Below, in pieces: positions 37,078 through 44,272 of a DNA stretch of 64,000 bases (its first letter is position 1; each line of letters opens with the position of its first letter). This stretch comes from an uncultured Planctomycetaceae bacterium. GTDB taxonomy: Bacteria; Planctomycetota; Planctomycetia; Planctomycetales; Planctomycetaceae. The stretch is taken from contig CAWFAK010000017.1 of NCBI GenBank assembly GCA_963813715.1, forward strand, positions 640,001-704,000. Direction: 5' to 3'. Position numbers and translations under genes: made by a program. The notes below the pieces were generated by a model, which was not told where the DNA came from, made no database searches, and worked only from the letters and a program-made list of their open reading frames with translations.

Positions 37078-38177
37078 CGGCCATTCTGGGGGCTGCTCGC
37101 CCCACTGTCGAGCGGTCACGCTCGCCCCAATTCGTTCGCGTGCGGTGTTGTGCCCGATTGCTTGGGGTCTGTGTCCAAACGGTGCGAAATTACGCTGACG
37201 ACCCGTCGAATAGGGTTGAGGTACGCCGCACCCCCGGTGGTCATCGATTGGTTAACCTCGCACAGATTGCCGAGTGCTTTGGGGTGGACCTGGCCACCGA
37301 TGAAACGCCGACAGAGACCGCGCGGAGGCGCCTGATAATCGGGTACTGCCGTGTGAGCACATCCAAGCAAAAAACGGCAGGGAATTTGGCTCGCCAAGCC
37401 GAGCGGGTGAAAGCCTACATCGAAGAAAACTGGCCGGGAGAAAAGTACATCATCCTTTGCGAGCAACGTTCGGGAATCTCCACTGACCGGCCGGGCTTGT
37501 TAAAAGTGCTGGACCTATCGTTGGCGTCGAAGTGCAAAATTCTGTGTGCCGAGCATCCCTGTCGGGTCAGCCGTGGGAGTTTTGCCCTAATCTCGCGCGT
37601 TCTGCAACGGTGCGGCGTGGAAATTGTGTTGACCAAAACCGGCGAGAAAGAGAACGACGCAAAATCGCAGGAAGAAGAGACGCTCCACGACGCCATGAGC
37701 ATGATTTATTGCATGCAGGCGCGGGCGTGTGGTCGCCGTGCCCACGACAAAACCCGGTTCGTCCCCACCCAAGCCTTCCGCGACCGCGTTGCTGCTCTCC
37801 ACGGGCAGGGAATGCCGGTCGCCGCAATCTTCGCGGCGATTGCTGCGGAGGGGCACCGCTGTACCAACACGGGCCGGGAAGCGACCCTGAAATCGGTGTG
37901 GCGTGTGGTCAAGGATATCGAGAGGGGTGCGCTCAACGGGGTGCCGGAATCGGTGCGGCGGTTTGTGGGGGAAGCTTGTAGGCTGTCGCCGGGGTCAACT
38001 GTCCTCACTCGTTACGTCTGGCGGGCCTTCCAAGAGTTTTGCACCACGCACGGTCTATCCCCGGTAAGCCGGAATCGGCTGCCCGCCTTCATTCGGTCGG
38101 CGGCTCCATCGGTCCAAACCCGGCTAGCGCGTCATCATGCGGACGGATTTGAATTTGTGGGGCTGGCATTGGCTTAA
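37071..38177 (+). CDS. IS607-TnpA-like serine recombinase (MerR HTH + resolvase) with C-terminal extension
   Basis: LLGVCVQTVRNY...RTPGGHR HTH, GYCRVST catalytic motif, SG...RPGL, RVSR; ~140 extra C-terminal residues. Confidence 0.85.
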   Translation: MATAILGAARPTVERSRSPQFVRVRCCARLLGVCVQTVRNYADDPSNRVEVRRTPGGHRLVNLAQIAECFGVDLATDETPTETARRRLIIGYCRVSTSKQKTAGNLARQAERVKAYIEENWPGEKYIILCEQRSGISTDRPGLLKVLDLSLASKCKILCAEHPCRVSRGSFALISRVLQRCGVEIVLTKTGEKENDAKSQEEETLHDAMSMIYCMQARACGRRAHDKTRFVPTQAFRDRVAALHGQGMPVAAIFAAIAAEGHRCTNTGREATLKSVWRVVKDIERGALNGVPESVRRFVGEACRLSPGSTVLTRYVWRAFQEFCTTHGLSPVSRNRLPAFIRSAAPSVQTRLARHHADGFEFVGLALA

Positions 38178-38201
38178 ACCCAACAATCCCTTGCCTAACC
38201 C

Positions 38202-38227
38202 GAGCCGGCTTGCTGCCGGCTCTTTTT
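38202..38227 (+). terminator. Rho-independent terminator
   Basis: gagccggc-ttgct-gccggctc followed by ttttt. Confidence 0.8.
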
Positions 38228-38332
38228 ATGGCCGCCATCGTTTAGACGATTTAGAGGTTCCACTTGACCCGGCGGGGATCCGACCCCCACCGGCCAAGTA
38301 TTGTCCGAGCCACTTGGATGCCGGAAACGTCG

Positions 38333-38430
38333 GGTCCCGTCCCGCTTCAATCCCGTCCCGTCCCAGGCAAACGGACAATCGAAGTCTGGACGAATCTGTC
38401 GGGATCCGCTCGATAAAACAACGTGTCCCG
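38333..38430. repeat. GTCCC-rich repeat, copy 1 (left part, interrupted by transposon)
   Basis: Tandem gtcccgtccc units, caaacgga, then tcgggatccgctcgataaaacaacgtgtcccg. Confidence 0.8.
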
Positions 38431-38453
38431 GGCTTTGCACAACGGAACGCATT

Positions 38454-39740
38454 TTAGCCGATCTGTTGTGCAATCCTCAGACTCGTTGTGCAGACCGGGG
38501 CGGATGCGAAGTCGGGCTGAATCCCAAGCTCGTGCATGGCGTGGATCAGTACGCTCAGATTGTGGCAGAGGATTTTCGCCAGCACTTCGTTCTTCATGGC
38601 GAGTTTGGTGCGGCTGCGAACCGCGTCCCCGAACTTGGCCTTAATTGCTCCGATTGCCGCCTCAATGTTGCTCCGCTTGTGGTAATGCCGCAGGAACTCT
38701 TCGCGGTGCAGGCTGAAGTAGTGGAAAGCCTTGGCGTACAGTCCGCCTACTGCCCCGGTTGTGCCTTGTCGAAACGGGATGTAGGTGCTCGCGTTGTGCT
38801 TGGCGATTGCCTCAAAGTTTGCCGTGCTGGCGTACTGCCGGTCTGCTGAGATTTCCGACACGTCGAAGTTCTTGGCGGTCGCGTCTAAGAGCACCGGCAA
38901 GAGCGGGCTGTCATTCGTGCAGCGCTCGTGAATCTCCACCGCTGTCACGACGTGGGTGGTCACGCCGATCATCAGGTGCGCTTTTACCCAGTCGGTTTCC
39001 TTCCGCTCGCCACCGCACGGGCCGTACTTGTGGTCATACCAGCGATAGAAGCGGCTGGCCGTGAAGCCAGTCGAGTCAGCCGCGAAGTCGCATTCAATCG
39101 CGGTCAGCGGCAGGCTGCTTTTGACGATTAGTTCGCGGAGAACTTCCGTCATGCGTTCGTCGTCAAGGTGATTGAAGATTGAGTTGAAGTGCGGAACGCA
39201 GCCGATGTGCCCCTTGGCGTGCGCGTTGCGTAGGTCCGACATAAAGCGCCGCCCCGACAACGTGCTGTAGACCTTGAAGCAGCAAGCGAACACTGCGTCA
39301 CACAACGGAATGCGGTGCTGTCCGCGACCCTTTTGCGGTTCTTCTACGATCCCCTCGCACAACGCAGCCAAGAGCGATTGGAATGTATCCTTCTCGCTGG
39401 TCTGGGCGCGGTTGTACGCGGGCCACTGCTGCGGATAGCTCTTGCGGACGATCCTCTCTTCGACCGTCACGCTTTCCGTAACGGTCTCCGACCCATCCGC
39501 GAACAATTCCCTTTGTCGCACGATTCGCACGGCCAAAATGTGTTTGCAGGTGCAGCCGCGAAGCTCGAAATCGGGGCAGGTGCAGTGAGGCGACTGATCG
39601 TCAGGATCGACCTTGTATCGCTTCTCGCCCGGCAACGATTGAGACGAGACGTACCACTGGTGTCCGATCTGCACGATCTTTTGCGTTGCCGCCAAGATCA
39701 TTGCCCGGTTTTCACGGTCCAGCAATTTCCAGTCTGTCAT
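38454..39740 (-). CDS. DDE transposase (IS903-like) with N-terminal SWIM zinc finger
   Basis: CTCPDF...CKH SWIM; WPAYN, ADSTG, SADRQY, YHKRSNIE...K.KFG motifs. Confidence 0.85.
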   Translation of the reverse strand: MTDWKLLDRENRAMILAATQKIVQIGHQWYVSSQSLPGEKRYKVDPDDQSPHCTCPDFELRGCTCKHILAVRIVRQRELFADGSETVTESVTVEERIVRKSYPQQWPAYNRAQTSEKDTFQSLLAALCEGIVEEPQKGRGQHRIPLCDAVFACCFKVYSTLSGRRFMSDLRNAHAKGHIGCVPHFNSIFNHLDDERMTEVLRELIVKSSLPLTAIECDFAADSTGFTASRFYRWYDHKYGPCGGERKETDWVKAHLMIGVTTHVVTAVEIHERCTNDSPLLPVLLDATAKNFDVSEISADRQYASTANFEAIAKHNASTYIPFRQGTTGAVGGLYAKAFHYFSLHREEFLRHYHKRSNIEAAIGAIKAKFGDAVRSRTKLAMKNEVLAKILCHNLSVLIHAMHELGIQPDFASAPVCTTSLRIAQQIG

Positions 39741-39783
39741 GGCCGTATCTCGTTAGTGGTGCCGTTGACTCAGCACCGTTATT

Positions 39784-39846
39784 GTAGCAATATTATTGCT
39801 ACCAACAAGAGTCGGGTTGACAGTCTCCGAATAATTTTGCTACAAA
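39784..39846. promoter_or_regulatory. Divergent promoter/operator region between transposase and small regulator
   Basis: Palindrome gtagcaat-att-attgctac (39784-39802), extra ttgctac half-site at ~39836; TTGACA (39817-39822) and TGn-TACAAA (39841-39846). Confidence 0.6.
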
Positions 39847-39853
39847 AATTCAA

Positions 39854-40060
39854 ATGGCTGGACGCCCACCAAAAGACCCGGCACAACGGATGACCACGGA
39901 TCTTCGGATTCCGGTCACTCCTGAGCAGAAGCAGCTCATCGCAGAGGCGATGGCGGCGGAAGAACGCGAATTCGCGGGATGGGCGAGAGAAGTGCTCCTG
40001 AAGCACGCCCATGCGATCGTGGATGCCCCTATAGGCAGGAAACGCCGCAAATCTACTTAG
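39854..40060 (+). CDS. Small DNA-binding protein (ribbon-helix-helix/DUF1778-like)
   Basis: 68 aa; GRPPK, LRIPVTPEQKQLIAEA, FAGWAREVLL. Confidence 0.75.
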   Translation: MAGRPPKDPAQRMTTDLRIPVTPEQKQLIAEAMAAEEREFAGWAREVLLKHAHAIVDAPIGRKRRKST

Positions 40061-40151
40061 CTTGCTAAGGATTGCGAGTTGTGGTGCATTGCGTGTGCGC
40101 ATCGGCGTTTTTGTATTTGACTGCCTCTAAACAGGACGATACAGTTCGTGT

Positions 40152-40217
40152 GGAGTTGGAGTGGGGCCTGCCCGGTCCCAATTAGACGCCTGCCCGGCGT
40201 TGCCCAACTCTTTTTTT
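40152..40217 (+). ncRNA. Predicted ~65-nt three-way-junction sRNA convergent on the DUF3800 gene
   Basis: TTGACT(40117-40122)-17bp-TACAGT(40140-40145) promoter; closing stem gagttgg/ccaactc; two hairpins each with a UGCCC loop; U7 tail. Confidence 0.6.
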
Positions 40218-40975
40218 ATTTCGAACTTTGGCAGACGACCAGTTTTCCCGAGCCGTCGTCCAACTGCCACTTTTGGATCCCAAACCGCTGGTAGCCGTTG
40301 ACCGTGCCGGACCATTCCAACGGCCGCAGCAGGTCGGTCCAAGTGCTGAATTTTTCGTCTCCGACTGCCCGCCTACCGAGAATGAACGCGCAGATATCTG
40401 CAAGCTGAATTCCGGGGGTCACGTGCGACACACCGACCAGCGGATAATGCGAAACGTTCGGCAGCCGCACGCCTGAAACAAATCTCTTGACGGCCGTCGC
40501 CATCCGTGGCTCTTGGCCACAAATCTGGCTGTCAAAGACAAGGTTAACGCGCCGTACGGGCTGACCTTGCAGGCACACGCTGACACCTTGTCGAGCACGT
40601 CGGCGAACGGACTGGCAAGCCTCTTCGTTCCGAGCCGGCTGAAGATTCCTTGCTCGCCGCGTACGATCGCTCCAAACAGCCAGATCGGATGCTTTCGGCG
40701 GTATCCCAGCAAAGTCTCGAATACGTGCTTGGTCAGGTCGTGATTTGTGGTGCTACCGAACTTCTGTGCTTGTCGGAACGATCCGTTTGATAGCAGGCGC
40801 TTCCCTTCAGCTCCTTAGTCATGTCCCTGGCGTGCTCGACCCCGAAAAACTGATACGCGCGCCTTGTAGAGCGTTAAGGCGAGCGCCGGACTGACCGGTC
40901 GTGCATGAGGCACCCGGCAATCGCCGTCGCCCCGCCGTTGCTGTCTTGGTAGGACTCATCGAAGAAACACCACAC
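40216..40975 (-). CDS. DUF3800-family (RNase H-like fold) protein, split by ~4 indels
   Basis: Reconstructed MWCFFDES...KELKG...NLVFDS...PGIQLADICAF; GTG start at 40975 with GGAG RBS. Confidence 0.75.
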
Positions 40976-41048
40976 AACTTGGACTCCGCCTTAGATGGTT
41001 TCGCAATCCCTGCCGACCAAATCACCGCGGTCACAGTTGCCGATCTCC

Positions 41049-41082
41049 AAAAACAAAAAAGCCCAGAGCCGATGCTCCGGGC
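41049..41082 (-). terminator. Rho-independent terminator upstream of the DUF3800 gene
   Basis: Minus strand gcccggagc-atcg-gctctgggc (one G-U pair) then ttttttgttttt. Confidence 0.75.
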
Positions 41083-41159
41083 GAATATGAGTCGCGTTCG
41101 GATGTGGCAATCATGCCACGTGCATCATGCACGGCCGCCTTCCTTGGCTCCTTAAATGA

Positions 41160-41260
41160 ACTCGACCGCCCTGGCTGACTGCGAGATCAAGCGGGGGCGG
41201 TCGAATCGGCCCGAGGGCCGAATGCGCATACAACAGGTTGTGTCCGCCTGATCTCGCTAT
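41160..41260 (-). ncRNA. Predicted pseudoknotted structured RNA
   Basis: 10-bp stem 41162-41171/41195-41204; its loop (gcgagatca 41181-41189) is complementary to 41249-41257; two further hairpins; promoter TTGCCA-16bp-GATAAT at 41292-41265. Confidence 0.5.
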
Positions 41261-41316
41261 CACAATTATCTCGGACAAAACCTATCTGGCAATATCTTTT
41301 TGTTCACACGCGACGA

Positions 41317-41658
41317 TTACTTTTTGTACACAAATCGTAGGCGGGGCGACTTAAGAATCTGTTCCGACAGGACGATCAGGCCAAGTGTCAGCGAGCCAGT
41401 CGAGGCTTCCCGTTCAATCCAAAATGATGTGTCCTCGGGTTTCACCTGAAGAACTACCAGACCGGTCCTCGGTGAGACCTTGGCTCTAATTCGCTCAGAC
41501 CATTCTGCTGCGGATCGTCCGGCAGGGTCATTAATGAGCCATGCGAAATTGAACCAGTGCCACCATTCCACTCGGGGTTCATCTTCCAACATTTTGGTGA
41601 TGGCGTCGCGCTCTTCTGTGGGCGCTGTGTCGTCAACGAGAACCACGAACTTACGCAC
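41317..41658 (-). CDS. Small hypothetical protein, probable ferredoxin-like fold
   Basis: KFVVLVD...EWWHWFNFAWLI...SAAEWSERI...LVVLQV; GTG start overlaps upstream stop; possible indel near 41408 giving ...DWLADTW. Confidence 0.6.
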   Translation of the reverse strand: MRKFVVLVDDTAPTEERDAITKMLEDEPRVEWWHWFNFAWLINDPAGRSAAEWSERIRAKVSPRTGLVVLQVKPEDTSFWIEREASTGSLTLGLIVLSEQILKSPRLRFVYKK

Positions 41659-42024
41659 TGGTTGCGCTCCTGTTTCGCGATTTTTCATTGACCTTTTTGC
41701 CGGCACTCTTGCGCCGCCCCTCGGTGGCCTCGCGAGTTCCGTGGAGATTGTCCCCGACCCTTGAGTTGTCTATTTCCCGAGCGCGGATCGAATGCCGATC
41801 GGACCCAGGGCGTCGCGATCGTAAATCAGCAGGTAGGCGGCCCATGCCGAGAAAAATACGACATACGCCGTGAATAGGGCGACAATCCAGATTTTAATGC
41901 TTAGTTCCGCACCCGAGACGGCAACAACCCCGGTCAGGACTGCGAGCACCGCTCCGAACCAAATCGTGGGGCTAAGCACGCTTGATCGCGGTGGATGCTT
42001 AAGAATGTCCGTAATGTTGCTCAC
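41651..42024 (-). CDS. Two-TM membrane protein, frameshift near 41805
   Basis: RSSVLSPTIW, two TM helices, YDRDAL then SDRHSI...VGDN in the next frame; start uncertain. Confidence 0.55.
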
Positions 42025-42180
42025 GGATTGTCCGACCCATTCGGCAGGCTTTCTTGTGATCGAGCGGACACGATCGTACAGCGCGGAGCGGGCGGACTGT
42101 AGTGCATCGGCGATATTGAGAATCCCCGCCCGACGTTCCGTGTGCAGCGGGGTCGGGCAGAACCGTCCCGTGGCAAAGCC

Positions 42181-42374
42181 ACGTGTCCCGTCCCAGTCCC
42201 GTCTCACCTGCGCCCGTCCAGTCTGGCGTCGAGCGCTCGGTTTGGCGTCGAATGTCCCGTCCCAATCCCGTCCCAATGTCCCGTCCCGAACAAACGGAGT
42301 CCGGACCGGCCGCGTCATCGCACCTCGCGTAGGGTTTCTCGGGATTCGCTCGACAAAACAATGTGTCCCGTCCC
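42181..42374. repeat. GTCCC-rich repeat: end of copy 1 plus copy 2
   Basis: Multiple (t)gtcccgtccc units, caaacgga, tcgggattcgctcgacaaaacaatgtgtcccgtccc. Confidence 0.8.
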
Positions 42375-43885
42375 GAATGGCACTAACTTAAGGCGTTACT
42401 TGTTTGTGGATCAGGGCTTGTTGAAGTTGGCGACGTGGTTTGTTCATGAGATCGTATTGTTTTGGTCGTCGCTTAGAGGCGCGTGGCTCGCAACGACCTG
42501 GGCGGTGGGGAACAACGATCAGATTTCTGGGGGCCGCGTTGAGCGGGGCATGGCAGAGTCGTCGTTGGGCGTCGATGAAGCTGGTCCGAGTCACCGGCAC
42601 GCGCTGGCGTTTTGCCGAACGCAGCATCACGCAGCGCACCAGATTGTAAACGATGGCGAACATGGCCAGCTCTTTGTGAATCCCGTCGACTGTTTTGGTG
42701 CGCAGCACGTCCATGCGGAGCGTTTGTTTCAGATGCCTGAGATTCGTCTCGATCTGCCAGCGATTCAGATAGAGGTTGGCCAGTTCGACGGCCGGGTAAC
42801 GTCGTTGATCCAAGAGCGTCGTCACGAGGGTCACCTGGCGGACTCGAAACCCCCGTTGAGTGATGCGATAGCGCAGCTCCCGTAGGAGCAGGGATTCGGG
42901 CAGCCGTGCGAAGTCTTCCGGGGTGATCCACGATGGCCGTTGGGTCGGTTTGAACGCCTCGACGATTTGATCGTGTCGGCCCAGCGACTGGACCCAGCGG
43001 GACGTCGGTTGTCCCTTCACGCGTGGGACATTCTTCGCACGCTTCTGCGGCGAGTAAGGCCGCCTTTTTTGGAAGTTGACGATCGTCGCTTGATGGATGC
43101 GAAACACAGCAAAAACGCCGGCTAAATTGAGCAGTGCCAGATGTGCGTAGGAGCAGAATCCCCGATCGCCGACGACCACGTCGTTCGGCTGAAAGGCCTC
43201 GTGCACGCGCTGAACCCGCGACAGGTCATGCGACCGCAAAGGAGCTGGCAGCACCCGCAAGAGAAAGCCAGTGCTGGCATCAAACAGTGTCAGGAGACGG
43301 GCCACCGGAAATCCACAGCCGGGCCGCTGAGCCCCCGATTGCCCGAAGGCCTCCTGCAGCGAGGGTGTGTCGGGCATCGAACAGGCAGAACCATCCACGT
43401 GCCAAAGACGATGACCTCGCCAGCAGTTAGGCACTTGCGCACCAACAGCACGCGCCACCCCCTCCATCAGCCGTTGGAAGAGTTCCAGCGGCAATCGCGC
43501 GCGGGCCTTGCAGTAGGCCTCGCCGGTGACATCCAGATCCAGGAGATGGGGCACGTGATCACAGGCGATGTTGCCCGCCAAGACCTGCCGCAGGAACGCA
43601 TAGACGGTGGTGATCGGATTGAGTGTGCAGTCGCGCCACACGTGATTGAGTTCGCGACAGATCTGCTCGATCCGCTCGGGCGAAAGCGCCTCGGTCACAT
43701 CCCCCTTGACCTGCTCCAAAACAGACTCGATAAATGGCGCCATCCTTGGCCTCCTGTGGAAATGAGTCGTTTAGCAACCTCATTCTCGCAGGAGGCCGGG
43801 ATTCCTCAGAGACGCATTCCGTCACGCTCCTCACCCGACATAAACTTCCAACTGCCAACTCCTTCCGGCTTGAGTTAGTGCATTC
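42375..43885 (-). mobile_element. IS4-family insertion sequence
   Basis: TIRs gaatggcactaacttaag / cttgagttagtgcattc; 11-bp duplication tgtcccgtccc at 42364-42374 and 43886-43896. Confidence 0.92.
42388..43743 (-). CDS. IS4-family DDE transposase
   Basis: AYCKARARL, VDGS, GDRGF, Y..RWQIE...R.LK (YREK) motif. Confidence 0.93.
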   Translation of the reverse strand: MAPFIESVLEQVKGDVTEALSPERIEQICRELNHVWRDCTLNPITTVYAFLRQVLAGNIACDHVPHLLDLDVTGEAYCKARARLPLELFQRLMEGVARAVGAQVPNCWRGHRLWHVDGSACSMPDTPSLQEAFGQSGAQRPGCGFPVARLLTLFDASTGFLLRVLPAPLRSHDLSRVQRVHEAFQPNDVVVGDRGFCSYAHLALLNLAGVFAVFRIHQATIVNFQKRRPYSPQKRAKNVPRVKGQPTSRWVQSLGRHDQIVEAFKPTQRPSWITPEDFARLPESLLLRELRYRITQRGFRVRQVTLVTTLLDQRRYPAVELANLYLNRWQIETNLRHLKQTLRMDVLRTKTVDGIHKELAMFAIVYNLVRCVMLRSAKRQRVPVTRTSFIDAQRRLCHAPLNAAPRNLIVVPHRPGRCEPRASKRRPKQYDLMNKPRRQLQQALIHKQVTP

Positions 43886-44272
43886 TGTCCCGTCCCAACC
43901 TCAAGGGGTCAGGTCCCAACCTCGAAGCCCCGTCTCGGCTTGCTGGGGATCCTGCGACTCCCTATGTGAAAAAGGATCCCCACCACCAGCAAACCGTCCC
44001 CTTCTTGTCCCGGCTCGCGTTTTTTGCCGGCGGACCGTCGGTGACCACGGTCCAGCTGCTGGCGGGGACATCCGCTCTTCGAGGTCGTGACTCGGACTAG
44101 GCCGCCAGCGCGCTCCGGGAGCGCGAGCGGAGGAGGTCCGCTTCACTCGATTCTGACAGGGTCGGCCAACGGGAAGAAGATCGCGTTTCTAGATCCGTAG
44201 AAACAACGCGCGAAATTGTCGGGCGGGGATTCAGGGAAGCGTCGTCGAGTCCGCAGGCCTGCGGTCGCGAAT

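Larger units (their letters stand above)
36952..38257. mobile_element. Putative small element bounded by 13-bp inverted repeats, carrying an IS607-like serine recombinase
   Basis: cctctaaatcgtc (36952-36964) and gacgatttagagg (38245-38257) are exact reverse complements and enclose leader, gene and terminator. Confidence 0.55.
38431..42180. mobile_element. Cargo-carrying transposon (IS5 family, IS903-like), 3750 bp
   Basis: Termini ggctttgc / gcaaagcc; exact 10-bp direct repeat acgtgtcccg at 38421-38430 and 42181-42190; DDE transposase inside. Confidence 0.85.

Noticed and set aside
38178..38453. tnpB/omega-RNA after the IS607-like recombinase
   Set aside because: A terminator follows immediately and no RuvC/zinc-finger ORF is visible.
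40124..40131. Third copy of the recombinase inverted repeat (cctctaaa)
   Set aside because: Only 8 bp match, lying in a predicted promoter spacer; may be chance.
41317..41658. cas2 gene
   Set aside because: Only a vague fold resemblance; no cas1 or array nearby.
38333..43925. GTCCC repeats as a CRISPR array
   Set aside because: No constant-length repeat with regular unique spacers, only two long copies, and no cas genes.
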